A DNA stretch of 64,000 bases from an uncultured Chitinophagales bacterium (GTDB lineage: Bacteria; Bacteroidota; Bacteroidia; Chitinophagales; S012-47), in NCBI GenBank assembly GCA_964413685.1, contig CAYPSW010000004.1, positions 65,846 through 129,845 on the forward strand, given 5' to 3'. A program made the translations under genes and the position numbers. Of this stretch, positions 38,912-47,654 are shown in pieces (position 1 is the stretch's first letter; each line of letters begins with the position of its first letter). Under the pieces are notes generated by a model that searched no databases, was not told the origin of the DNA, and saw only the letters and a list, made by a program, of their open reading frames with translations.

Positions 38912-39816
38912 TGTTAAACTATAAAATCAACCATTTACAAGAACTGGAAGCCGAATCAATTTATATTTTTCGGGAAATTGCGGCACAATTTGAACGACCC
39001 TGCCTGATGTTTTCGGGAGGCAAAGATTCTATCCTGCTTACTTATCTGGCAAGAAAAGCATTTTGGCCTGCCAAAATTCCATTTCCTTTATTGCATATCG
39101 ATACGGGACATAATTTTGATGAAACGATTGAGTTTCGGGATAAACTAGTGAAGGAGATCGGTGCTAAACTCATAGTGGGCTCAGTGCAGGAATCTATTAA
39201 CAAGGGAAGGGTAATGGAAGAAAGCGGTTTCAACGCCAGCCGAAACAAATTGCAAACAGTAACTCTGCTCGATGCTATTGAGGAAAATAAATTCGATTGT
39301 GCTATCGGAGGTGCCCGTAGGGATGAAGAAAAAGCACGGGCAAAAGAGCGTTTCTTTTCACATCGCGATGAATTTGGCCAATGGGATCCCAAAAACCAAA
39401 GACCTGAACTTTGGAATATCTTTAATGGCAATCATCGGATAGGCGAACATTTCAGAGCCTTTCCGCTCAGTAACTGGACCGAATTGGATGTTTGGCAATA
39501 TATAGCTATGGAAGAGATTCCCTTGCCAAATTTATATTTCACTCATACGAGATCTTGTATCAGACGGGATGGAAGCCTTTTGGCCATGTCAGAATATTTG
39601 AATTTACGTCCTGATGAAAAGCCGGAAGATGTGGTGGTCCGCTTCAGAACAATAGGTGATATGACCTGTACAGGAGCAACTGAATCAAATGCTTCAAGCA
39701 TTGAAGAAATTGTGCTTGAAATTGCGACTACCAGAATAACCGAACGTGGCGGTCGTGCTGATGATAAACGATCTGATACGGCTATGGAAGACCGGAAAAA
39801 AGAAGGCTATTTTTAA
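38911..39816 (+). CDS. cysD: sulfate adenylyltransferase subunit 2
   Basis: 301 aa. LEAESIYIFREIAAQFERPCLMFSGGKDS (PAPS-reductase-fold PP-loop) and RERGGRADDKR. Confidence 0.95.
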   Translation: MLNYKINHLQELEAESIYIFREIAAQFERPCLMFSGGKDSILLTYLARKAFWPAKIPFPLLHIDTGHNFDETIEFRDKLVKEIGAKLIVGSVQESINKGRVMEESGFNASRNKLQTVTLLDAIEENKFDCAIGGARRDEEKARAKERFFSHRDEFGQWDPKNQRPELWNIFNGNHRIGEHFRAFPLSNWTELDVWQYIAMEEIPLPNLYFTHTRSCIRRDGSLLAMSEYLNLRPDEKPEDVVVRFRTIGDMTCTGATESNASSIEEIVLEIATTRITERGGRADDKRSDTAMEDRKKEGYF

Positions 39817-39835
39817 ATTAAGGCAAGAAAAAAAA

Positions 39836-41128
39836 ATGACAGAAAATAAAGAGGAAACTACTTTCGATAAGAAAGAATATATGCAAATGGAGCTGCTTCG
39901 CTTTACCACTGCCGGTAGTGTGGATGACGGGAAAAGCACTATGATTGGCCGGTTGCTTTACGACAGCAAATCAATCTTTGAAGACCAGTTTGAAAATATC
40001 AAAGAAACCAGTGAGCGCAGAGGAGAAGAGCAGGTAAACCTCGCTTTGCTTACAGACGGTTTACGTGCCGAACGCGAACAGGGAATTACGATTGATGTGG
40101 CTTATCGATATTTCCATACACCCAAACGAAAATTCATTATTGCAGATACACCCGGGCATATTCAATACACCCGTAACATGGTCACCGGAGCATCAACAGC
40201 TAATCTTGCCATTATTCTGGTGGATGCAAGGAATGGGGTTGTAGAACAGACCCACCGGCATACCTTTATAGCTACTTTATTAGGCATTCCGCATATTGTT
40301 GTCTGTATAAATAAAATGGATCTTGTTGACTATAAACAGGAGGCTTTCGATAAGATACAATCTCAAATGGCAGATTTTGCCTCAAAACTAAATGTGCAGG
40401 ATTTACGCTATATCCCAATTAGTGCACTCAAGGGTGATAATATTGTACATCGCTCAGCAAACATGGACTGGTATAATGGCCCTACCCTGATGTATCTGCT
40501 CGAAACCGTCCACATTGCCAGCGATCATAACTTTATTGATTGTCGATTTCCGGTTCAGTTTGTCATCAGACCCCATAATACAAAGTTTCACGATTATCGG
40601 GGCTATGCCGGCAGAGTAGGTGGAGGTGTTTTTAAACTGGGCGATGACGTCATGGTATTGCCATCCGGGTTTACTTCAAAAATTGAATCAATTGACACTT
40701 TTGAAGGTCCTGTTCAGGAGGCATTTCCTCCCATGTCTGTATCCTTCAGATTAAAAGATGATATCGATATCAGCCGGGGTGATATGATTGTTCGTGAAAA
40801 CAATATGCCTGAAATATCACAGGATCTGAATGTGATGATTTGCTGGCTGAACGAAAAACCTTTGCAGCTACGTGGAAAATATCGATTGATGCACACAAGC
40901 AAGCAAACCCGATGTTTGATTAAGGATGTGTTGTATAAACTCGATATCAATTCTTTACATCGGATTGAAGAAAATATAAGTATAGGACTGAATGAAATTG
41001 CAAGAATTAGTATCCGGGTTACAGAACCTTTATTATTCGATTCCTATACCCGCAACCGGATCACTGGCAGCCTGATCTTAATTGATGAGGCCACAAATAA
41101 AACGGTTGCCGCAGGAATGATTCTTTAA
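39836..41128 (+). CDS. cysN: sulfate adenylyltransferase subunit 1 (GTPase)
   Basis: The ATG at 39836 gives MTENKEETTFDKKEYMQMELLRFTTAGSVDDGKSTMIGRLL (G1 motif), DTPGH and NKMD. The track's upstream extension overlaps cysD. Confidence 0.93.
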   Translation: MTENKEETTFDKKEYMQMELLRFTTAGSVDDGKSTMIGRLLYDSKSIFEDQFENIKETSERRGEEQVNLALLTDGLRAEREQGITIDVAYRYFHTPKRKFIIADTPGHIQYTRNMVTGASTANLAIILVDARNGVVEQTHRHTFIATLLGIPHIVVCINKMDLVDYKQEAFDKIQSQMADFASKLNVQDLRYIPISALKGDNIVHRSANMDWYNGPTLMYLLETVHIASDHNFIDCRFPVQFVIRPHNTKFHDYRGYAGRVGGGVFKLGDDVMVLPSGFTSKIESIDTFEGPVQEAFPPMSVSFRLKDDIDISRGDMIVRENNMPEISQDLNVMICWLNEKPLQLRGKYRLMHTSKQTRCLIKDVLYKLDINSLHRIEENISIGLNEIARISIRVTEPLLFDSYTRNRITGSLILIDEATNKTVAAGMIL

Positions 41129-41142
41129 CTTGAAAATTGAAT

Positions 41143-41877
41143 ATGTTAAACAGGTTTGTATTTCCTGTTTTTGTTTTTAGCCTCATTTTGATGAGTATGG
41201 TTTTTTCCTGCAAAAAGCAGGATACAAGGCCTCCTGTTATATATCATCCAAACATTCATAATGCGGATCATTTTACCGATGGAGATACTTTATTGCTCAA
41301 GGTGACGCTTACAGATAATACGGCACTTTCATCATACAATTTTTCAATTATACCTGATTCAAATGATCATTTGAAGTATGCTGGTCAATATTTAATTCAC
41401 CCTTTTGAATATGCTAAAAATTTCACGATAGAAGGGAATACCATCATGAGAGAAGACACTATTTTTATTGATACTGGTATTGCAGCAGGTGGCTACAAAC
41501 TGATTCTCTCAAGCAATGACAAATCAGGATTGAGCCAAGAGGATTCCATTGCGCTAACTTTTTCAAATCATAAGGATATAGAACTTCCTGCCTTTAACCA
41601 TACAGAACTTCCTGATTCAGCGCATATCAATTCTGTCTTTTACTTTTCCGATACACTGACCGATAATTTAAAATTAAACTCTTTGCATTTTGATTTGATC
41701 CCTGAGGATAAAAATCTAAAAACATGGAGCTGGACTTTTTTGCTGAATGGCAATAAATCGGAGGGCCCCTGGGCATTGGTTGCACCTCCTGATGCCGGTA
41801 GCTATACCTTGAAAATTTATGTAAGAGATTGGGTGAATAATAAGCGTAGCTTATCCAGACCTATTATCATTGATTAG
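41143..41877 (+). CDS. lipoprotein with two Ig-like repeats (possibly DUF4625-like), function unknown
   Basis: The ATG at 41143 gives MLNRFVFPVFVFSLILMSMVFSC (lipobox). There are two similar halves (..GDTLLLKVTLTDNTALSSYNFSI.. and ..FYFSDTLTDNLKLNSLHFDLI..). Confidence 0.55.
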   Translation: MLNRFVFPVFVFSLILMSMVFSCKKQDTRPPVIYHPNIHNADHFTDGDTLLLKVTLTDNTALSSYNFSIIPDSNDHLKYAGQYLIHPFEYAKNFTIEGNTIMREDTIFIDTGIAAGGYKLILSSNDKSGLSQEDSIALTFSNHKDIELPAFNHTELPDSAHINSVFYFSDTLTDNLKLNSLHFDLIPEDKNLKTWSWTFLLNGNKSEGPWALVAPPDAGSYTLKIYVRDWVNNKRSLSRPIIID

Positions 41878-41888
41878 TATTCTTTTAT

Positions 41889-42587
41889 CTAATGTATATG
41901 GAAATTGATGCCTAGAGAAACAATAAACGGATTGTATCCAAAATTAAGCGTTGAATTTGTTGGATAACTTATACCAAACTGTCCAAAGACTTTAAAGCTA
42001 TTGGTCCCAATTCCTGTATATAAAACCGGTTCTAACATCAACATACTGGCATTAGGAGGAATATTCTGGTTACCACTTGTATAAGTCATCCAAACCCAGG
42101 CCGCCCGGGCCGAAAGTCCCAAATCAAAAATCCCGGTATTTAAACCGACATTCCCTTGAACAAAGGGACGCAAATAAGTGCCGGTGGCATGCTCAGTAAA
42201 GCCTGTGCCTCCATATGACCAGGTACTTTTCCCCTGACCTGTTCCGGCACCCATTCCGGCAAACGCACTAAAGCGCCCTACTCCATTAGCTGAGAAAACG
42301 CCATAAGCTCCTTCTCCATAAAAATGGGCCGTTTTGCTGGTTCCCGCTGAATCGGAATTTGAACCTACTGATATAGTTGCCATGAAAGCCTGATGGTCAG
42401 TGGCGGCATAAGAGCCTTGCAAATCAAGCCCGTTCATTCCATAAAATAGTCCGTACTGCATTTCACCTTTATGTTCCAATTGGGCTACGTGAGCAGCCGG
42501 AGGAATATAAATTGGAGCACAGGCTCCTAAAATAACAAGCAGAGTTAACACCGTAAGCCATTTTTTATTTACTTTCATGATTGCCAT
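41889..42587 (-). CDS. Gly-rich lipoprotein / probable outer-membrane beta-barrel, function unknown
   Basis: 232 aa. It has a lipobox (LVILGAC) and glycine/aromatic-rich alternating strands, ending ..SLGINFHIH. The start may instead be the second ATG (42578). Confidence 0.55.
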   Translation of the reverse strand: MAIMKVNKKWLTVLTLLVILGACAPIYIPPAAHVAQLEHKGEMQYGLFYGMNGLDLQGSYAATDHQAFMATISVGSNSDSAGTSKTAHFYGEGAYGVFSANGVGRFSAFAGMGAGTGQGKSTWSYGGTGFTEHATGTYLRPFVQGNVGLNTGIFDLGLSARAAWVWMTYTSGNQNIPPNASMLMLEPVLYTGIGTNSFKVFGQFGISYPTNSTLNFGYNPFIVSLGINFHIH

Positions 42588-42648
42588 TATTTTTATACCA
42601 ATTGCTCAAAGTTAGTATTCGATTTTTAAACTCAATAAATCATTACGC

Positions 42649-44409
42649 ATGAATTATACCCGATTATTCGACATTCTGCCTTATCAATTAGACAAATATC
42701 CACAAGATGCTGCTCTCGTTAGCAAAGAAAACGGCCAGTGGCGCAAGTATAGTACGCAGGAATGCCTCGATACCATTCGAAAATTCAGCCTTGGATTGAT
42801 GTCCTTGGGTGTAAAGAAAGATGATAAAATTGCTATTGTATCGAACAACCGGCCTGAATGGGTTTTTACCGATCAGGCTATTCTTCAATTGGGTGCGGCA
42901 GATGTACCGGTTTATTCCACTATCAGCCCGAGAGAATATAAATTTATTTTTAACGATGCAAAAGTGAGTTATTGTTTTGTCAGTGATCGTGATTTATACG
43001 ATAAGGTAGCCTCTATTAAAGATCAGGTTCCGACCTTGAAAGAGATTTACAGTTTCGACAAGATGGATGGTATTAAGCATTGGTCAGAGATTCTCAGTTT
43101 GGCTGATGAAAGTAAGCTAACAGAATTGAATGCCATCAAAAAAGCCATTGATCCGGCAGCCTTAGCCACTTTGATCTATACATCCGGTACCACCGGAAAT
43201 CCTAAAGGAGTTATGCTTTCTCATAATAATCTGGCAAGTAATGTGCGCAATACATTGAAGGTATTGCCTATAAACAATACACACCGAACCCTCAGTTTTT
43301 TACCCTTATGTCACAGTTTCGAGCGCATGGTTACCTATACCTATATGGCGACAGGCGCTTCCATTTATTATGCCGAAAATATGGATACCATTGGTGAAAA
43401 TCTTAAGGAAGTACATCCGAATTTTTTCACAACGGTTCCCCGACTGCTCGAAAAAGTGTATGATAAAATTGTTGCCAAAGGGCTGGATCTTACAGGAATC
43501 AAAAAGGCATTATTTTTCTGGGCACTCAAACTCGGACAGAATTATGATGATCAGGGGAGAAATTCAGCCTGGTATAATGTCAGATTAAAAATTGCCCGAA
43601 AACTGATTTTCAGCAAGTGGCAGGAAGCTTTGGGTGGTGAAATTGTTGGTATCGTTACCGGAGCTGCTGCTTTGCAAAAGCGTCTTGCCAGAGTGTTCAA
43701 TGCGGCAGGTCTTACTGTCAGGGAAGGATATGGAATGACTGAATCCTCACCTGTGCTAACCTTTAATCGTTTCGAAGAAGGAGGCTATATGATGGGAACA
43801 GTTGGTGTAGCGATTCCCGGAGTTGAAGTGAAATTGGGCGATCAGGGTGAAATACTTGCCCGTGGCGAAAACGTAATGATGGGCTATTTTAATATGCCCG
43901 AACAAACTACTGAAATGCTTCGTGACGGATGGTTACATACCGGAGATGTAGGCGTATTCATTGATGATAAATTTTTAAAAATTACAGACCGTATCAAACA
44001 ACTCTTTAAAACTTCAGGTGGCAAATATGTAACTCCTCAACCCATCGAAAACAAAATGTCTGAATCTTTCTTTATTGAACAGATTATGGTGATTGGTGAA
44101 AACGAAAAATTTGTCAGTGCCATCATCCAGCCGGCATTTGATGCTATTTACGATTGGGCTAAGAAGAACCACATTGGGGTGAGTTCAAATGAAGATATTT
44201 GCAATAACAAGGAGATAATCACACGCATTTTTGAAGATATTCAAGAGCGCAATCCTGAATTCGGCCATGTCGAGCAAATCAAGAAATTCAAACTGGTTCC
44301 TGATGCGTGGAGTATCGAAACAGGAGAACTGACACCTACCATGAAACTGAAACGAAAATTTGTTTTGGAGAAATACAAAAATCTGATAGCGGAATTATAC
44401 ACTGATTGA
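42649..44409 (+). CDS. fadD: long-chain-fatty-acid-CoA ligase (AMP-forming)
   Basis: 586 aa. AMP-binding motif IYTSGTTGNPKGVMLSH, GYGMTESSP, and TGDVG...DRIKQLFKTSGGKYVTP. Confidence 0.9.
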   Translation: MNYTRLFDILPYQLDKYPQDAALVSKENGQWRKYSTQECLDTIRKFSLGLMSLGVKKDDKIAIVSNNRPEWVFTDQAILQLGAADVPVYSTISPREYKFIFNDAKVSYCFVSDRDLYDKVASIKDQVPTLKEIYSFDKMDGIKHWSEILSLADESKLTELNAIKKAIDPAALATLIYTSGTTGNPKGVMLSHNNLASNVRNTLKVLPINNTHRTLSFLPLCHSFERMVTYTYMATGASIYYAENMDTIGENLKEVHPNFFTTVPRLLEKVYDKIVAKGLDLTGIKKALFFWALKLGQNYDDQGRNSAWYNVRLKIARKLIFSKWQEALGGEIVGIVTGAAALQKRLARVFNAAGLTVREGYGMTESSPVLTFNRFEEGGYMMGTVGVAIPGVEVKLGDQGEILARGENVMMGYFNMPEQTTEMLRDGWLHTGDVGVFIDDKFLKITDRIKQLFKTSGGKYVTPQPIENKMSESFFIEQIMVIGENEKFVSAIIQPAFDAIYDWAKKNHIGVSSNEDICNNKEIITRIFEDIQERNPEFGHVEQIKKFKLVPDAWSIETGELTPTMKLKRKFVLEKYKNLIAELYTD

Positions 44410-44428
44410 TAAACAGATTCATTCTATG

Positions 44429-44464
44429 ATGCCGACTGGAAATAAATTCAACGGGCATTTTTTA
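44429..44464 (+). terminator. weak candidate terminator after fadD
   Basis: ATGCC ... GGCAT forms a 5-bp stem with a 20-nt loop (44434-44453), followed by TTTTTTATTTT. The stem is short, so this call is tentative. Confidence 0.3.
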
Positions 44465-44499
44465 TTTTGAATATAAAGTTTTAACTTGCTATTCTTTAG

Positions 44500-45014
44500 T
44501 CATTAAAACTACTAGTAATAAGACAATTTACACTTAGTGTATTGCTGCTGCTTACTATTGCCTGCAACCATCAATATGACAACTCCAACAGTCCAAACAC
44601 ACCTGAAAACATTCCGGAATCTTTCAAGGAAAATGCGGAAGCCTTTGTTGCTAATATTGAAAAAGACGGCCAACTCATTACGGAGATTATGTAATTGCAA
44701 GAAGAAGACAGAAATGGAGAATCCGTTTTAATAGTTAAAAAGGAAGTGGTGGATTATACGCCTGAAGCATCTATTCTCAAAGGGCTGATGATTATGCCGG
44801 ATGTCATTGACACATTTTATAAACAAGCGATAATCAATTAATCATAAAGTTGAGGCAGGACAAAAAAGTATGGAACATTCCCTTCAATAATACGGAGGAT
44901 ATGACGGTGTATATGGATGATGGTCTGGGTAATAATGCTTCACAGTCAGTTGATGAACCGCTTGTTATGGCCACGGCCGATGCAATTGAATACAGAGGAC
45001 AGATTTACCGCTAG
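44500..45014 (+). pseudogene. probable decayed lipoprotein gene (no ATG, one in-frame TAA, one frameshift)
   Basis: There are three protein-like segments in an otherwise ORF-free 610-bp gap. Segment 1 is ..KLLVIRQFTLSVLLLLTIACNHQYDNSNSPNTPENIPESFKENAEAFVANIEKDGQLITEIM, ending at TAA (44692-44694). Segment 2, in the same frame, is LQEEDRNGESVLIVKKEVVDYTPEASILKGLMIMPDVIDTFYKQAIIN, ending at TAA (44839-44841). Segment 3 follows a frame change and reads IKLRQDKKVWNIPFNNTEDMTVYMDDGLGNNASQSVDEPLVMATADAIEYRGQIYR, ending at TAG (45012-45014). Confidence 0.4.
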
Positions 45015-45020
45015 AGCATT

Positions 45021-46955
45021 TTATTCTTTCAGCCAGCTTATTGATACAACACTCGAAATTGATACCATTCTTAATAAGTATACCCCCACAGGCCAGGAAC
45101 TGATATTGAGCGTCATGTCATGCTCTCCAGGCTGCAGGTTCTGACTATAAACCATACGCCCCAGAACATCTGTAACTTCAAGACGGGCGGGGGTTTGCCT
45201 GGTTGTTACCCATGAAATATTCAGTTCCTTGTTGGCAGGATTGGGATAGACCCGGAGCTTGCTGATTGCTTTGACCTGATTCATGCCGTTACAGCCCACC
45301 TGAACATTTAGATACACACTGTCTCGGCAGCCTTCCATATTTTGCACCAGCAGTTTGGCCAAATAGCTTCCTGCTGCCGGATAGGTAAAACTTGTGTTGC
45401 CCTGCGTGCTATCGTCCACTACTCCGTCATTATTAAAATCCCATGCATATCGGTAAGGAGTGCTCATTTGTGTGAGATCGGTAAAATGCGTTGGCTGACC
45501 TAGGCAGACCGTGTCGGTAGAAAAACCGGCTTTTGGTTCTATTTTAATGATGACAGTATCATAGCCGGTGATACCATAAAATCCTGAAGTACTCCAATAC
45601 TCAGCCCAGATAGTGTCTTGGTCTATTGCCGGTTGCTGTAAGTAATGGCTATTTGCAAGCAATAGCCCGTTTAGATTGTACCAGTTGACCGAGTCTGTCG
45701 CACAACCACTATAAAAAGTAATAATCTGCTCTTTACAGACAGGGTCTTTGGGTTCCTGATTGATATGCCCCGGGCCACATATTTGCCATACATGAACTTC
45801 ACCCGGATCATTATAATTTATAAAATTAAATATCCGTCCAATAGCAATAAACCTTCCATCAAACCCGACACTTTTCCCAAATTGTCCGTAATTCGGGGCA
45901 TTGCTTGCAGCGAAAGATTGCTTTTGAATCCATTGATTGCCATTGTATTCAAACAAAAATGCTCCGCCAACATTTATATTGGAAATCGTCAGAAAAGGAG
46001 TACCAACCAGTAATCTGTTGGCATCCAAAAAAAGGGAAGAACCAAATTGCGCATTGAATAAATTTGTAGCATTAGGAGTAATTTTTTGCTCAAGTGTCCA
46101 ATTGCTTCCATCATATATAAATGAATATACAGTACCTGTTAATCCCTGTGCACTGGCACTGACCATAATCCGATGATTAGAAATGGCGACCTTGTCTCCG
46201 AAAAAATCGAAATCAACCAAATCGTTTGGTAATAAAATATCCCTTTGAATCCAGACACTATCATGATAGGTAAACACGTAAGCTTGTCCGCTATATTGAC
46301 CAAAAATCGTAGATTTATCCGAAGCCCCTATTACAGCAATCGTATCTTCAATGGCAACTGTCACACCGAAATGATCATCCTGAACTCCATCAGAGGCTAA
46401 CAATTTTGCTTGCTGTATCCATTGTTTGTTTTGGTATTTAAAAATATAAGCACTTCCACTTTCCGGTCCCAGATCATCATCGGAAAAGGAACTAACAATG
46501 GCAAATTCAGCGCTAATATCTACTGAAATTCCAAATCCGTCATACAAAGCTCCGTCTGAAGGTACAATTCGTTGGAAGGTCTTCCATGAGCTATCCTGCC
46601 TGATATTATAGATATAGGCTGAGCCGGTACTACCACCTCCGGGGCTTCCGATTATTACCTGAGATGAGTCAGTAGCAATAGAAAGGCCAAACCAGTGATC
46701 ATTTGCGGATGTAGGAGCTAATATATGCTTCTGTTCCCATTTTTGATTTACAAATTGGAATGCATAAGCACGTCCCGATTCCTGATATTGTTCTTGATTT
46801 CCGGCAATTAACCATGGATAACTAATTACTAGTGATTCACCAAAAATTTCTGGCGCTGAAGTATCATTTTGATACAATATGGTATCATTCTGAGCGTATA
46901 AGCTAAAACCCATAAATAGGCTTAACCATACAGGTATATATTTAGCTATATTCAT
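45021..46955 (-). CDS. T9SS-secreted protein: about 7-bladed FG-GAP-like beta-propeller + PKD domain + type-A C-terminal sorting domain
   Basis: 644 aa with a signal peptide. It has about 7 repeats of the pattern ..FG.SVAI......IGA......G.AY.F......W.Q. A PKD-like FTDLTQ..YAWDFNNDGVVDDSTQGNTSFTYPAAGSYLAKLLVQN follows. The CTD is LRVYPNPANKELNISW...GVYLLRMV. Confidence 0.8.
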   Translation of the reverse strand: MNIAKYIPVWLSLFMGFSLYAQNDTILYQNDTSAPEIFGESLVISYPWLIAGNQEQYQESGRAYAFQFVNQKWEQKHILAPTSANDHWFGLSIATDSSQVIIGSPGGGSTGSAYIYNIRQDSSWKTFQRIVPSDGALYDGFGISVDISAEFAIVSSFSDDDLGPESGSAYIFKYQNKQWIQQAKLLASDGVQDDHFGVTVAIEDTIAVIGASDKSTIFGQYSGQAYVFTYHDSVWIQRDILLPNDLVDFDFFGDKVAISNHRIMVSASAQGLTGTVYSFIYDGSNWTLEQKITPNATNLFNAQFGSSLFLDANRLLVGTPFLTISNINVGGAFLFEYNGNQWIQKQSFAASNAPNYGQFGKSVGFDGRFIAIGRIFNFINYNDPGEVHVWQICGPGHINQEPKDPVCKEQIITFYSGCATDSVNWYNLNGLLLANSHYLQQPAIDQDTIWAEYWSTSGFYGITGYDTVIIKIEPKAGFSTDTVCLGQPTHFTDLTQMSTPYRYAWDFNNDGVVDDSTQGNTSFTYPAAGSYLAKLLVQNMEGCRDSVYLNVQVGCNGMNQVKAISKLRVYPNPANKELNISWVTTRQTPARLEVTDVLGRMVYSQNLQPGEHDMTLNISSWPVGVYLLRMVSISSVVSISWLKE

Positions 46956-47353
46956 TTGCCAATAATTGCGTGCCAGTTGCCAAGATAATAAAGGGTTGCC
47001 GGATTTATCGGTCCATTAACACATTCTCCTAAAAGGGACTTGCCAATGTAGAAACAATAAGTATCTCCTACCTCTCCATAAACTCCTGAGCCACCTTGAT
47101 AATAAGCTTTCATGGAAACTACCCGGCAGGATGCACAGGCACTATATGGCAATGGTAAATTAATGGTAGTTATAGAATAGGCTGTAACTGTTTGAGTAAT
47201 CACATCAGGGTAATAGGGTGTGCATGCAGAATAAGGAGCAACCGAAAGGGATACATCCCAATCACATCCTGTATGATTTTCTACGATAAATTGTGCTTTC
47301 AATCCCATCGGTATATTCAAAAGCAGGATAATCAAGAATAAAAATTTCCGCAA
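46952..47353 (-). CDS. small secreted Cys-rich protein, function unknown
   Basis: 133 aa with a TTG start (47353-47351), giving (M)RKFLFLIILLLNIPMGLKAQ as the signal peptide. The mature part has 7 Cys. Its stop overlaps the ATG of the downstream T9SS gene (ATGA). Confidence 0.6.
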   Translation of the reverse strand: MRKFLFLIILLLNIPMGLKAQFIVENHTGCDWDVSLSVAPYSACTPYYPDVITQTVTAYSITTINLPLPYSACASCRVVSMKAYYQGGSGVYGEVGDTYCFYIGKSLLGECVNGPINPATLYYLGNWHAIIGK

Positions 47354-47400
47354 ACCTGCTTTTATACAGATATTAGATATTACTGCATTGTTTAAAAGAC

Positions 47401-47408
47401 GGGGGGGG
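47401..47408. repeat. G8 (C8 on the reverse strand) homopolymer tract
   Basis: Read directly as ..aaaagac GGGGGGGG caattc.. It is the only G/C run of 7 or more that I noticed in the window. It lies 48 nt upstream of the TTG start at 47353, in a 300-bp divergent intergenic region. Confidence 0.95.
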
Positions 47409-47606
47409 CAATTCTTTCTGGATTTTCATGATGTATGTTTTGAGGAGTTAATAAATAATTACTTGTGACAATGTAAGTATATTTTTCTATATTTCCAAAA
47501 AACAATGTTTGTTTTCAGGTATTAACGCTTTGCTTGCTTATCACTTTCCGTGTTTTGTCTATTTCCCGACTTTTCTTCATTCTACCTTTTTCTTCCGAAT
47601 TATTTT

Positions 47607-47628
47607 ATCAAACAAACGTTTGGTATAT
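47607..47628. promoter_or_regulatory. candidate TetR/FadR-type operator (palindrome with core CAAACGTTTG)
   Basis: A perfect 10-bp palindrome lies at 47613-47622, within an imperfect 22-bp dyad (8 of 11 symmetric pairs, i.e. 16 of 22 positions). It ends 27 nt upstream of the tetR ATG that heads the fad operon. Confidence 0.4.
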
Positions 47629-47654
47629 TGAAAGTTCTTTGCTAATTTAGTGCC

